43,533 nucleotides of DNA from Myxococcota bacterium (GTDB lineage Bacteria > Myxococcota_A > UBA9042 > PHBI01 > JAWLBL01): the NCBI GenBank assembly GCA_041687695.1, contig JAWLBL010000009.1, forward strand, positions 1 through 43,533, read 5' to 3'. The notes under the pieces were generated by a model, which was not told the DNA's origin, searched no databases, and worked only from the letters and a program-made list of their open reading frames with translations. Below, one piece after another: positions 29,918 to 42,427 of the stretch (positions within the stretch are counted from its first letter, which is position 1; each line of letters starts with the position of its first letter). A program made the position numbers and the translations under genes.

Positions 29918-31560
29918 GCCGTCGGCCCGAAGAAGACCTTCTCGATGTCGTTCTTGAAGGCCAGCACCATCAGCACCAGGATGAACGCGAAGCCCAGGTA
30001 GGTCGCGATCTGCCGCGTCCGCAGCGACACCGGCCGCCGCCGCACCGCCTCGAGCGCCAGGAACAGGATGTGGCCGCCGTCCAGGATGGGCACGGGCAGC
30101 AGGTTGATGAGCCCCAGGTTCACCGACAGGAAGATCATCAGCCGGAAGAAGTACTCCCAGCCGAACTCGCTGGTCTGCGCGGCCAGCTGCCCGATGAGCA
30201 GCGGCCCGCCGATGTCGTCGATGGGCACGGCGCCGCGGAACAGGCCGGCGATGCTGGCCACCGTGTCGCCGATGGCCTCGGTCGTGCCGTCCCACATCTG
30301 GTCGAGGGCGTAGGTCAGCCGCCGCGGGTTGTCGACCAGGGGCAAGGCGTCGGTGTAGCCGCCGCCCTGGGCGCCGAACACCTGGATCTTGCGGTTGGGC
30401 TGCATCTGCGTGGGGAAGGGGACCTCGATCATCGTGAAGGCCGCCTCGAGCGTCTGCCCGTCGCGCTGCCAGGTGACGGTCTGCTCCTTCTTGGCGTTCG
30501 CCAGCACGGCGCGGCTGATGTGGTCCCACGAGGACGGCTTCTGCCCGTTGACGGTCAGGATCTGGTCGCCCGGGCGCAGGCCGATCTTCTCGGCCGGCGA
30601 GCCCGCGACGACGTTGCGGACGACCAGCTCGGCGCTGTCCAGGCCGCGCAGCCCGTCGCCGGGCGGCACCGTCACGGTCACTGGCTGGGCCACGGTGACC
30701 TGCAGGCCGGCGGTGGGCGCGGTCTCGGGCCGCAGCAGCCCCAGGGTCGCGGGACGCCCCTCGGCCTTGCGCAGCGCCGCCTCGAGCTGGTCCAGGCGCT
30801 CGATGCGCTGGCCGTCGACCGCGACCACCTGGTCGAAGGTCCTGACGCCCGCCTGGGCGGCCGGCGAGCCGGGCGCGACCGTGACGATGGGCAAGAGGTA
30901 GTCCGACCCGATGCCGATGCGCGCGACCTGCTCGGTCAGGCCCAGCTCGGGCACGCGGCTCTCGGTCTCGAGGCGCGGCCGGATGTCGGCGGACAGGCGC
31001 TGCCCGTCGCGCTCCCAGACCACGTTGACCGCCTCCTCGGGGCGGCTCGACACGACGCGCGACAGCTCCCACAGCGCCGTGATGGGCTGCCCCTCGACCT
31101 CGACGATGCGGTCGCCAGGGCGGATGCCCGCCTCGTGCGCCGGGCTGTCGGGGGCGACCGTGCCGGCCTGGCTGGGCACCGTCTTGTCGACGTTGAGGCC
31201 CAGGCCGAAGAACAGGAAGAAGGGCAGCAGCAGGTTGAACGCCGGCCCGGCGGCGACGATGAGGAAGCGCCGCCACACGGCCTTGTGGTTGAACGACACC
31301 GAGCGCGCGTAGTCGGGCACGTCCTCGGACGGGTCGTCGCCGTACATCTTGACGAAGCCGCCCAGCGGCAGGGCCGCGATGACGTATTCGGTCGGCGGCA
31401 TCGGCCCCTTCTTGCGCCCCTTGAACGAAAACAGGGTGGGCCCGAAGCCGATGGAGAAGGTCACGACGTGCACGCCCATCGCGCGGGCGAGCAGGAAGTG
31501 GCCGAGCTCGTGGAAGAAGATGAGCCCTCCGAGCAGGAGGACGAAATAGATGAAGCCCAT
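29914..31560 (-). CDS. rseP: RIP metalloprotease RseP with multiple PDZ domains
   Basis: HELGH, FSIGFGP, AAGPAFN, NLLPVPILDGG. Confidence 0.96.
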   Translation of the reverse strand: MGFIYFVLLLGGLIFFHELGHFLLARAMGVHVVTFSIGFGPTLFSFKGRKKGPMPPTEYVIAALPLGGFVKMYGDDPSEDVPDYARSVSFNHKAVWRRFLIVAAGPAFNLLLPFFLFFGLGLNVDKTVPSQAGTVAPDSPAHEAGIRPGDRIVEVEGQPITALWELSRVVSSRPEEAVNVVWERDGQRLSADIRPRLETESRVPELGLTEQVARIGIGSDYLLPIVTVAPGSPAAQAGVRTFDQVVAVDGQRIERLDQLEAALRKAEGRPATLGLLRPETAPTAGLQVTVAQPVTVTVPPGDGLRGLDSAELVVRNVVAGSPAEKIGLRPGDQILTVNGQKPSSWDHISRAVLANAKKEQTVTWQRDGQTLEAAFTMIEVPFPTQMQPNRKIQVFGAQGGGYTDALPLVDNPRRLTYALDQMWDGTTEAIGDTVASIAGLFRGAVPIDDIGGPLLIGQLAAQTSEFGWEYFFRLMIFLSVNLGLINLLPVPILDGGHILFLALEAVRRRPVSLRTRQIATYLGFAFILVLMVLAFKNDIEKVFFGPTA

Positions 31561-31604
31561 GGACCTTCCGGGAAGAGCTGCTTCGGCCGCGCGTTACGTC
31601 GGCC

Positions 31605-31633
31605 AGCATAGAGGCAGCACGGCACGGCGCCAA
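31605..31633 (-). promoter_or_regulatory. sigma70-type promoter TTGGCG-17-TATGCT for rseP-tsaB
   Basis: Canonical spacing, about 45 nt upstream of the ATG. Confidence 0.5.
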
Positions 31634-31786
31634 GACTAAGGCGAGCGGCCTCCGTGTTGTTCCCGGCCTGCGCGAGCGGGCCGCGCGGCCCTTGCCCGAC
31701 GCGCCGGCCTGCCTTACCCATCGCCGTTCACCCCGTCACGGCCGCCCCCTTGACGGCCGCGCCACCGCTGAGAGACTCACCGCTTC

Positions 31787-31980
31787 ATGCCGCACACGTT
31801 CTGTCCCGTCTGCTCCGACGCGCTGCCGCCTCGCGCCGACAACCGCCACCACCCGTTCTGCAGCGCCCGCTGCAAGACCATCGACATGGGCAAGTGGCTC
31901 ACCGGCGAGTACGCCATCCCCGGCGAGGACGCGCCACCCGAAGACCTCCCGCGACGCAGCACCGCCGAAGAAGAGGACGC

Positions 31981-31984
<4 letters not shown>
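31787..31984 (+). CDS. yacG: DNA gyrase inhibitor YacG
   Basis: CPVC...PFCSARCKTIDMGKWLTGEYAIP zinc finger. Confidence 0.92.
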
Positions 31985-34154
<2,170 letters not shown>

Positions 34155-34155
<1 letters not shown>

Positions 34156-35720
34156 TGCCGCTTCGCCGCCCTCGCCTCGTCGCCCTGACCACCGCCCTCG
34201 TCGCCGGGATGATGACCATGACCGCCACCCCGAGGTCCGCCTCCGCCGCCCCTGCTGCCGCTGGCGCCAGCGCCCCGCTCTCGCTGCCCGCGGTCGAGCG
34301 CTTCCAGCTGCGCAACGGGCTCGAGGTCCTGCTCATCCCCAACGCGACCAACCCCTACGTCGAGATGCAGCTCGTCGCGCGCGCCGGCTCGGCCCTCGAC
34401 CCCGCCGGGCAAGAGGGGCTGGCCGCGCTGACGGCGACCATGCTGACCAACGGCACGCCCACCCTCAGCGAGGAGGAGGTCGCGCGCACCCTCGAGGCGA
34501 TGGGCGCCGAGCTCAGCGCCTGGGCCGATCTACAGACCTTCAACGTCCGCGGCTCGGTCATCACCCTCGAGCCGCGCGACCTCGAGCGCTTCCAGGGCCT
34601 CTTCGTCGACGTGGTCCGCAACGCGACCTTCCCCGAGGACTCGCTGGCCAAGACCCGCACCCTGCGCCTGTCGGCCCTCAAGCGCCTCGCCGACGACCAC
34701 AACTCGCTGGCCAACCTGGGCCTGATGGCGGCGCTGTACAGCGGCACGCCGCGCGGCCGCCTGTCGACCGGCACGCTGACCACGCTCCCCAAGCTGCAGC
34801 GCGCCGATCTGGTGGCCTTCCGCGACCGGGTCGTCGTCCCGCGGCACAGCGTGCTGGCCATCGGCGGCAGCTTCGACCCCCAGGCGATGCGCGCCTGGGT
34901 CGAGCAGGCCTTCGGCGACCCCAGCTGGGGCGAGGGCGTCTGCACCCCAGGCGAGATCGAGGGCCGCTGCGCCCAGCTGTGCAAAGACGGGCAGTGCCTG
35001 ACCAACCCCTTCGCCAACCGCGCCGAGCCCAAGCGCCCCATGTCGGCGGCGGGACGCGGCCGCACCGTGCTGCTGCTCGACCGCGACGACCCCAGCATCA
35101 ACCAGATCCAGTGGCGCCTGGGCCAGGACGGCGACGTCACCCTGCTCGACCCGGCCTGGCCCGCCTTCCGGCTGGGCACCCACATCCTGGGCGGCGACTT
35201 CACCTCGCGCCTGAACCAGGTCCTGCGCGTCAAAGAGGGCCTGACCTACGGCGCCCGCTTCGCCGTCGACTTCGGCGGGCAGCACTCCGGGCCCATGTAC
35301 GTCTCGACCTTCGTGTCGCCCAAGGACCTCGGCCGCGCCGTCGAGCTGTCCCTCGTCGAGCTCCGCGGGGTCGTGGCCCAGCCGCCGCCCGAGCCCGAGC
35401 TGACCGCCGCCAAGGCCAAGATCATCAACCAGTTCCCCTTCAAGTTCGAGACCGTCTCCGACACCCTCGAGCAGTACCTGCACCTGACGGTCGACGGCGT
35501 CCCGGTCACCTGGCTAGAGGGGTACACCGCGGCCCTCGCCGCGCCCACCGACGCGCAGGTCCACCAGAGCCTGGGCCGCCTCGACCCCGACCGCATGGTC
35601 CTGGTCGCCGTCGGCAACCGCGACCTCATCCCGACGCTGCAGCGCTTCGGACAGGTCCGCGTGGTCAAGGTCAGTGACTTCTTGTCCACCGGCCTCGAGA
35701 CGTCCACAGTGGCCCCATGA
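34155..35720 (+). CDS. M16 family peptidase, non-catalytic partner subunit
   Basis: LRNGL, GS..DP..GLA.LT..ML, ILGG.FTSRL...LRVKEGLTYG. No HxxEH. Signal peptide present. Confidence 0.9.
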
Positions 35721-36475
35721 CCACGCTCGAACCGCTCGTTCGCCAGGACCTCGAAGACGAGGTCGTCCGCCTGTCCCTGTCCGCCGGCGCGGGCAACCCC
35801 ATCTCGCCGGCGCTGGTCGCCGCCTTCGAGCAGCACCTGGCCGACCTAGAGGTCGACGCCCCGCGGGCGCTGGTCCTCGACGGCGGCCCGGGCAAGCTCT
35901 TCTCGGGCGGCTTCGATCTGAAGACCGTGCTCGACTTCAGCCAGCGCCAGATGCGCGGCTTCTTCCGCGACTTCTGCGAGACGGTCGCGCGCCTGGTCGA
36001 GCTGCCGGCGCCGACCTTCGCCGCCGTGCACGGCCACGCCATCGCGGGCGGCTTCATCCTGCCGCTCGCCTGCGACTTCCGCGTGGTGCAGAGCGGCCCG
36101 CTCAAGCTGGGCCTGGGCGAGGTGGACCTGGGCATCCCCGTCCCGGCCGGCACCCTGGTGCTGCTGGGGGCGCGGACCACGCCGGCCACCGCGGCGCGCC
36201 TGTCGATGTTCGCCACCATGATGACCCCGGAAGAGGCGGCCGACGCGGGCTACGCCGACGTGGTGGCGGCCGACGCGCAGGCCGAGGCGGTCGTACTGGC
36301 GCGCACCTTGGCGAACAAGCCCGGCGCGGGCGTCCGGGTCACCAAGCAGATCCTGGCGCGCCAGTTGGCGCAGCAGATGCGAGAGGCCGACCAGCGCTGG
36401 CTCGACCGCTTCATGGAGGCGTGGTTCGCCGACGAGGCCCAGGACAAGCTGCGCGCGCTGACCGAGCGGCTGTGA
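35717..36475 (+). CDS. Enoyl-CoA hydratase/isomerase family protein
   Basis: FSGGFDL, AAVHGHAIAGG, LACDFR, GLGEV.LGI. Confidence 0.92.
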   Translation: MTTLEPLVRQDLEDEVVRLSLSAGAGNPISPALVAAFEQHLADLEVDAPRALVLDGGPGKLFSGGFDLKTVLDFSQRQMRGFFRDFCETVARLVELPAPTFAAVHGHAIAGGFILPLACDFRVVQSGPLKLGLGEVDLGIPVPAGTLVLLGARTTPATAARLSMFATMMTPEEAADAGYADVVAADAQAEAVVLARTLANKPGAGVRVTKQILARQLAQQMREADQRWLDRFMEAWFADEAQDKLRALTERL

Positions 36476-37143
36476 GGCCGGCCGCGGCGGGCCTGCTCCC
36501 GTTGCCGATCCTGGTCCACCACGACGGCGTGATCGCCATCGACAAGCCGGCCGGCCTGCCCTCGACCGGGCGCACCCTGGACGACCCCGACTGCGCGCAG
36601 GCCCGGCTGATGGCGCAGCTGGGCCGGCGAAAGGTCTGGGCCGTCCACCAGCTCGACGCGGGCACCACCGGGCTCAACCTCTTCGCGCTGCGCAAGGCGC
36701 GGGTCGCCGAGGTGGGCGAGGCCATGCGCCCCCCGCGTGGCCGCAAGACCTACCTGGCGGTGGCGCGCGGCCGCTGGGAGGGCGGCGAGCGCCTGGTCGA
36801 CCTGCCCATCGGGTCGGCCCGTGGCGTCCCCGCCGTCACCCGCGACGGCAAGCCCTCGCAGACGCGGGTGCGCCCGCTGGCGGTCGGCGCCGACGCCAGC
36901 CTGCTAGAGGTCGCCCTGCTGACCGGCCGCACCCACCAGGTCCGCGTCCACCTGGCCGCCGTCGGCCACCCCCTGATCGGCGACGCCATGCACGGCGACC
37001 CCGGCGGCCCCACCTTCGGCCGCCCCGCCCTGCACGCCCATCGGCTGCGGCTCGATCTGCCCGCGCCGCTCGACCGGCTCGAGGCCCCCGCCCCCGCCGA
37101 CCTCCGGCGGCTGTGCCTCGCCCTCGGCCTGGAGCTGCCATGA
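36472..37143 (+). CDS. RluA-family pseudouridine synthase
   Basis: DKPAGL, VHQLD.GTTG, KTYLA, TGRTHQVRVH, GHPLIGD, LHA. GTG start overlaps the upstream stop. Confidence 0.9.
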   Translation: MRPAAAGLLPLPILVHHDGVIAIDKPAGLPSTGRTLDDPDCAQARLMAQLGRRKVWAVHQLDAGTTGLNLFALRKARVAEVGEAMRPPRGRKTYLAVARGRWEGGERLVDLPIGSARGVPAVTRDGKPSQTRVRPLAVGADASLLEVALLTGRTHQVRVHLAAVGHPLIGDAMHGDPGGPTFGRPALHAHRLRLDLPAPLDRLEAPAPADLRRLCLALGLELP

Positions 37144-37778
37144 CCGACGACAAGGCCCGCCTGCGCGGCGCCCTGGGCGGCAGCCTGCTCTTCGAGCAGC
37201 CCCGCTACGCCGAAGAGGCCGCCGCCTACCGCGCCGCGTGCGCCACCGGCCGCCCCACCCTGCTCGAGGTCGGCTTCGATCACGGCTTCCGCCTGCTGGC
37301 CACCGCCCAGCACAACCCCGGCTGGCAGGTCGTCGGCCTCGAGATCCGCCGCCACCGGGTCGACATCGCCAACGCCCGCGCCCAGCGCGCCGGCCTGAGC
37401 AACCTGCTCGCCTGGCGCGCCGACGCCCGCACCGTGCTGGCCGCCCTCACCCCGGACGCCTGCCTGGACGTGCTCGAGGTGCTCTTCCCCGACCCCTGGT
37501 GGAACGCCGCCCACCGCCAAAAGCGCCTGCTGCTGACCCGCCCCTTCCTGGACGAGGCGGCGCGGGCCCTCAAGCCCGGCGGCCTCATGCACCTGGCGAC
37601 GGACGTGCCCCGCTACGCCGCCGAGATCGAGGCCGTGCTGGCCGACCACCCGGCCTTCGCCGTCGACCCCGCCGCCCTCGCGCAGCGCCCCCCCTGCCCC
37701 GCCCAGAGCCGCCGCGAGTGGAAGTGCGAGCGCGAGGCCATCGCCGTCCACCGCTTCGCCGCCCGCCGCCGCCCCTGA
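37140..37778 (+). CDS. trmB: tRNA (guanine-N7)-methyltransferase TrmB-like
   Basis: LEVGF..G, GLEIR, FPDPW..H.KR, LKPGG...ATD. Confidence 0.8.
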   Translation: MTDDKARLRGALGGSLLFEQPRYAEEAAAYRAACATGRPTLLEVGFDHGFRLLATAQHNPGWQVVGLEIRRHRVDIANARAQRAGLSNLLAWRADARTVLAALTPDACLDVLEVLFPDPWWNAAHRQKRLLLTRPFLDEAARALKPGGLMHLATDVPRYAAEIEAVLADHPAFAVDPAALAQRPPCPAQSRREWKCEREAIAVHRFAARRRP

Positions 37779-37845
37779 CGGCGCAGCGAGCTGCGCCAGG
37801 CCGGAGCACGAGCGAGCTCGTGCAGTCCAATGGCGCCCCCGGGCA

Positions 37846-38000
37846 TGGCAACCGGATTGCCGGGCCTGGCAACCGGACTGCCGGGCCTGGCAACCGGACT
37901 GCCGGGCCTGGCAACCGGACTGCCGGGCCTCTGGCGGGCGTTGGCAACCGGACTGCCGGGCCTGGCAACCGGACTGCCGGGCCTGGCAACCGGACTGCCC
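37846..38000. repeat. 21-bp tandem repeat TGGCAACCGGACTGCCGGGCC, 7 copies (4+3)
   Basis: Starts at 37846, 37867, 37888 and 37909, then a 12-bp insert, then 37942, 37963 and 37984 (partial). Confidence 0.95.
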
Positions 38001-38102
38001 GAGCTTGCTCGGGCTCGTGGGTCGCGCAGCTCGCTGCGCGGGATGCCAAGGATGACCTCCCAACCGGCGCATCCAGCTGCACGTGACGTCCGGACCGCAC
38101 GT

Positions 38103-38248
38103 TGGAGTGCCCTCGCTCGCGAGGGCTCGTCGGATCAGCGCCGCTCGCGGCGCTCGCCAGCTCCGCGACCCGCCGCCGCTCCTGGAGTGCCCTCGCTCGC
38201 GAGGGCTCGTCGGATCAGCGCCGCTCGCGGCGCTCGCCACCTCCGCGT
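38103..38248. repeat. Two 80-bp-period REP-like units with double hairpins
   Basis: An identical 57-mer TGGAGTGCCCTCGCTCGCGAGGGCTCGTCGGATCAGCGCCGCTCGCGGCGCTCGCCA at 38103 and 38183. Confidence 0.9.
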
Positions 38249-38274
38249 CGCGAGGCCCTCTGCGCCCGCCGCCG

Positions 38275-39204
38275 CTACTTCAGCTGCCGCAGCCGCGCGC
38301 AGGCGACCTCGTCCTTCAGCTCGCAGGCCTCGCCCAGCAGCTTCTTGGCGCGCTGCGGGTTCTTGGGCCCGCCTTCACCCTCGGCCAGCATCACGCCCAG
38401 GTTGGTGCAGGCGGTGGTGTCGCCGGCCGCGCAGGCCGTGTCGTACAGGCGCCGCGCCTCGGCCAGATCCTTGCCGCCACCCGCGCCCTCGCGCAGAGCC
38501 GTGGCCAACGCCACACACCCGCGGATGCTGCCGCCGTCGCAGGCCTTCTGGAACAGCGGCCGCGCGTCCTTGAACTTGCGGTTGATGTAGAAGACCCGCC
38601 CTTCGCTGGCGCAGCCGTCCATGTAGCCGGCGTCACAGGCCTTCTTGAACAGCTCCGCCGCCTTGGGCTCGTCCTGCTCGCCGCCCAGCCCGCGAATCAG
38701 CAGCGTCCCCAGCGCATCACACGAGGCCATCTGCCCGCCGTCGCAGGCCTTGCCGTGCAGCGCGCGCGCCCGCTCGGGGTCGCGGGTGCCCGGCGGGCCC
38801 TCGATCAGCGCCGTCGCCAGCTCGCGGCACTTGTCCATCGCGCCGCCGTCGCACGCCTTGGCCAGCTCGGCGCTGGGCCCCTCGTCCTCCACCGGCTCGG
38901 GCGCGGCCGGCGCCGCGGTCTCCTTGGCCGCCTCTGCGGTCGACCCGCACTTCAGCTTGCTCTCGAAGGTCGGCTTGCTCGCCCCCACCGGCGAGGAGAC
39001 GCGGATGACCCCCTCGCAGGCCTGCCCGTCCTTCTTGCCCGTCACGCCCCAGGCGTCGCCGCCCTCCACCTTGGTCAGCGTCACCTCGGTCAGCCCCTGC
39101 GCGGCCAGCTCGTCGAGCGCGGCCTTCTGGTGGTCGCCGCAGCCGGCGAGCGCGGTCATCACCAGGGCCAGCAGCGAGGTCGGCATCCATGCGAAACGGT
39201 TCAT
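38275..39204 (-). CDS. Sel1-like repeat (HcpA/C-type, Cys-rich) lipoprotein
   Basis: Repeated KACDGG...C..LG/LA...G motifs. Lipobox LAGC after ATG 39204. Confidence 0.88.
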   Translation of the reverse strand: MNRFAWMPTSLLALVMTALAGCGDHQKAALDELAAQGLTEVTLTKVEGGDAWGVTGKKDGQACEGVIRVSSPVGASKPTFESKLKCGSTAEAAKETAAPAAPEPVEDEGPSAELAKACDGGAMDKCRELATALIEGPPGTRDPERARALHGKACDGGQMASCDALGTLLIRGLGGEQDEPKAAELFKKACDAGYMDGCASEGRVFYINRKFKDARPLFQKACDGGSIRGCVALATALREGAGGGKDLAEARRLYDTACAAGDTTACTNLGVMLAEGEGGPKNPQRAKKLLGEACELKDEVACARLRQLK

Positions 39205-39332
39205 CTTCTCGGTCTCCCAGGGCAGCTCCGGCGCGCACCGTAGCACGTCGCAGACGGCGGTTGAACCCGCGGTCCGGCCTGCTATTCTCCGCCGTCCCAA
39301 CCACCCCGTCCCCCTGTCCCAGGAGCCACGCC

Positions 39333-40106
39333 ATGGAGCTCTCGTCCGTCGTCGCCCTCGTCACCGGCGGCGCCTCCGGCCTCGGCCGCGCCACCGCCCT
39401 GCGCCTCGCCCGCGACGGCGCCAAGGTCGTCATCGCCGACCTCGCCCGCACCAGCGGCGGCGGCGTCGCCGAAGAGGCCGGCGAAGGCCGCGCCTTCTTC
39501 CAGGCGACCGACGTCACCAGCGAAGCCGACGTCAACGCCGCCCTCGACGCCGCCCAGGAGCGGTTCGGCCGCGTCCCCAACGTGGTCGTCAACTGCGCCG
39601 GCATCGCCATCGCGCAGCGCGTCCTGTCCAAGGCCGGCCCGCACCCGCTCGACGCCTTCAACAAGATCCTCGCCGTCAACGTCGGCGGCTCGTTCAACAC
39701 CATCCGCCTGACGGCCGCCCGCCTGCAGGACACCGAGCCCAACCAGCACGGCGAGCGCGGCGTCTTCATCAACACCGCCAGCGTCGCCGCCTACGACGGC
39801 CAGATCGGCCAGGCCGCCTACTCGGCCTCCAAGGGCGCCATCGTCGGCATGACCCTGCCCATCGCGCGCGATCTGGCCCGCAGCGGCATCCGCGTCGTGA
39901 CCATCGCCCCCGGCCTGTTCAAGACGCCGATGCTGGCGGGCCTGCCCGAGAAGGTGCAGGCCGAGCTGGGCGCCCAGGTCCCCTTCCCGGCGCGCCTGGG
40001 CGACCCCGACGAGTACGGCCAGCTGGTCGAGGCGATCGTCACCAACCCGATGCTCAACGGCGAGGTCATCCGCCTCGACGGCGCCATCCGGCTGCCCCCG
40101 AAGTGA
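39333..40106 (+). CDS. SDR, 3-hydroxyacyl-CoA dehydrogenase type II (HSD10-like)
   Basis: [58 protein letters not shown]. Confidence 0.95.
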   Translation: MELSSVVALVTGGASGLGRATALRLARDGAKVVIADLARTSGGGVAEEAGEGRAFFQATDVTSEADVNAALDAAQERFGRVPNVVVNCAGIAIAQRVLSKAGPHPLDAFNKILAVNVGGSFNTIRLTAARLQDTEPNQHGERGVFINTASVAAYDGQIGQAAYSASKGAIVGMTLPIARDLARSGIRVVTIAPGLFKTPMLAGLPEKVQAELGAQVPFPARLGDPDEYGQLVEAIVTNPMLNGEVIRLDGAIRLPPK

Positions 40107-40134
40107 CCTGTCAGGCGCGGCGGTCGCCCCCGGC

Positions 40135-41340
40135 TCAGCCCCGGGCGGCCGCCAGCGCCTCGTCGACCGCCTCGACCACCCGCTCGACCTCGCCCAGCCC
40201 GTTGGGCCAGTGCGGGGCCAGGCGCAACAGGCCGTCGGGCGTGCTGACGGCCACCCCGCGCTCGGCCAGCGCGGCCGCCAGCGCCATGGCGGTCGTCCCC
40301 TGGGGCGGCCGCAGGCTCAGGCTGCCGCTGCGGCCCTCGGCCCAGGGCGCGCGCATCGACGCGAAGCCCCGCTCGACCAGCTGCGGCTCGATGCGATCGT
40401 GCCAGGCCTGCACGTGCTGGTAGATGGCCTCGACGCCCAGCTGCTCGATGAGCCCCACCGAGGCGTCCAGCGCCGCCAGCCCCACCCCGTTGAGCGCGCC
40501 GGTCTCGACGAAGTCGGCCTTGCGGCGGATGGGCCGGTCGTAGCGCAGGTGGCCCTCGCCCTCGACCAGGAAGCGGATGGGCTCCTCGTGGCTCAGCCAG
40601 CCGGCCGTCCGCGGGACCAGCTCGCCCACCCGGTCGGGGCGGATGTACAGAAAGCCGCAGCCCTCGAGGCCCATCAGCCACTTGTGGCTGCCGCAGGCCA
40701 GGTAGTCGACGCCCAGCGCCCGCGCGTCCAGCGGCACGACCCCCAGCGCCTGGATGGCGTCGACGAAGACCTGGGCGCCGTGGGCGTGGGCCAGGCGGGT
40801 GATGGCCTCGAGCGGCATGCGCAGGCCGGTCTGGAACTGGACGGCGCTGACGGCGACCAGGCGCGCCCCCTGGCGCAGCTCGGTCTCCAGGGCCCGCAGC
40901 CCGGCGGCCGGGTCGACCCGGTAGGTGTCGGCGTCCAGCAGCACGACCTCGACCCCGTGGTCGACCGTGGCCTGCTGCCAGGGGGTGATGTTCGTCGGGA
41001 ACTCGCCGCGGAAGCCGATGACCCGGTCGCCGCGCCGCCAGGGGAAATCCAACGCGATGGTCGACACGCCGGTGGTGGTGTTGGCGACGAAGCCGATGTC
41101 CTCGGCGCCCACGCCGATGAGGCGCCCGAGCCGCGCGCGCAGCCCCTCGCGGCGGTCGCGCCACTTCAGGAAGGCGCCGACGCCCTTCCTCGCGTAGTCG
41201 CCGACCACCTCGTGGGCGACGGCGCGCACCGGCTCGGAGGGCGGCGAGATGGCGGCGTGGTTCAAGAAGGCGCGCGCCTCGAGGTCGGGGAAGAGGGCGC
41301 GGTCACCCAGGCGGGGAGCGGGCAGGGTTGGCAGGTTCAT
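40135..41340 (-). CDS. Class V PLP-dependent aminotransferase (cysteine desulfurase-like fold)
   Basis: FLNHAA, NTT.G, VDAIQ.LG, CGSHKWLMG. Confidence 0.9.
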   Translation of the reverse strand: MNLPTLPAPRLGDRALFPDLEARAFLNHAAISPPSEPVRAVAHEVVGDYARKGVGAFLKWRDRREGLRARLGRLIGVGAEDIGFVANTTTGVSTIALDFPWRRGDRVIGFRGEFPTNITPWQQATVDHGVEVVLLDADTYRVDPAAGLRALETELRQGARLVAVSAVQFQTGLRMPLEAITRLAHAHGAQVFVDAIQALGVVPLDARALGVDYLACGSHKWLMGLEGCGFLYIRPDRVGELVPRTAGWLSHEEPIRFLVEGEGHLRYDRPIRRKADFVETGALNGVGLAALDASVGLIEQLGVEAIYQHVQAWHDRIEPQLVERGFASMRAPWAEGRSGSLSLRPPQGTTAMALAAALAERGVAVSTPDGLLRLAPHWPNGLGEVERVVEAVDEALAAARG

Positions 41341-41346
41341 GGCGAG

Positions 41347-41432
41347 GGTCTAACGCGATCGGAGGGCTGGGCCAAGGGGCTGGCCGACCCGGCGCGCCGT
41401 CGATTGCGGCCGCGGGGTCCGGTGCTTACGAT
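41347..41432. promoter_or_regulatory. Back-to-back divergent sigma70-type promoters, likely leaderless
   Basis: Minus strand: TTGGCC-17-TAGACC, 6 nt before ATG 41340. Plus strand: TTGCGG-17-TACGAT, 8 nt before ATG 41441. Confidence 0.5.
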
Positions 41433-41440
41433 GGCTCGCC

Positions 41441-42427
41441 ATGCATCAGCCCGAGCCCGCCTTCGAGATCGATGTCGCCGTCTACCGCAGCCCCGCGCTG
41501 GCCCGCTACGGGTTCGGCGCCGGGCACCCGTTCGGGCCCGACCGGCTCGACGCCTTCTGGGGCGCCATGGTCGACCGGGGGCTCGACACGCGGGTGACCG
41601 TCTGCGCGCCGCGCGAGGCGACCCGCGAGGAGATCGAGCGCTTCCACACGCCCGAGTACGTCGACCGGGTCGAGCTGCTGTCGATGCACGGCGCGGGCTT
41701 CCTCGACGAGGGCGACACCCCGGCCTATCCCGGGGTCTTCGAGGCGGCCTCGACCGTAGTCGGCGCCTCGCTCGAGGCGATGAAGCGGGTGATGGCGGGC
41801 CAGAGCCGGCGCGCCTTCGTGCCCATCGGCGGGCTGCACCACGCCATGCGCCACAAGGCGGGGGGCTTCTGCGTCTTCAACGACTGCGGCGTCGTCATCG
41901 AGACGTTGCGGGCCCAGTACGGCATCGAGCGGGTCGCCTACGTCGACATCGACGCCCACCACGGCGACGGCCTGTACTACCCCTTCGAGGACGACCCCCA
42001 CGTGGTCATCGCGGACATCCACCAGGACGGCCGGACGCTCTACCCGGGGACCGGGGCCGCCGGCGAGACCGGGCGCGGCGCGGCCAAGGGCACCAAGCTG
42101 AACCTGCCGCTGCTGCCCTTCGCCGACGACCAGGCCTTCTTCGCCGCCTGGGAGCAGGCCGAGGCCTTCCTCGATGCCCAGCGGCCCCAGGTGGTCCTGC
42201 TGCAGTGCGGCGCCGACTCCATCGCCGGCGACCCCATCACCAACCTGCAGTGGTCGCCCGCGGCCCACGCCCACGCCGCGCGGCGCCTGTGCGCGCTGGC
42301 CGAGCGCCACGCCGGCGGCCGCATCATCGGCTTCGGCGGCGGCGGCTACAACCGCAGGAACCTGGGCCGGGCCTGGAGCGAGGTGGTCTCGGTCTTCCTC
42401 GACGCCCCGCCCGACGGGGGCGCGTGA
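41441..42427 (+). CDS. Histone deacetylase family / AcuC-like protein
   Basis: GHPF.P.R, GGLHHA, GFCVFND, YVDIDAHHGDG, YPGTG, GADS..GDP, GGGGY. Confidence 0.93.
   Translation: MHQPEPAFEIDVAVYRSPALARYGFGAGHPFGPDRLDAFWGAMVDRGLDTRVTVCAPREATREEIERFHTPEYVDRVELLSMHGAGFLDEGDTPAYPGVFEAASTVVGASLEAMKRVMAGQSRRAFVPIGGLHHAMRHKAGGFCVFNDCGVVIETLRAQYGIERVAYVDIDAHHGDGLYYPFEDDPHVVIADIHQDGRTLYPGTGAAGETGRGAAKGTKLNLPLLPFADDQAFFAAWEQAEAFLDAQRPQVVLLQCGADSIAGDPITNLQWSPAAHAHAARRLCALAERHAGGRIIGFGGGGYNRRNLGRAWSEVVSVFLDAPPDGGA

Noticed and set aside
29144..31633. 829-aa ORF suggesting a TsaB fusion
   Set aside because: The N-terminal part is an off-frame overlap of rseP; the real start is GTG 29917.
37830..38573. ORF with ATGLPGL heptapeptide repeats
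   Set aside because: Translation of the 21-bp DNA repeat. It runs antisense into the Sel1 gene and has no RBS or coding bias.
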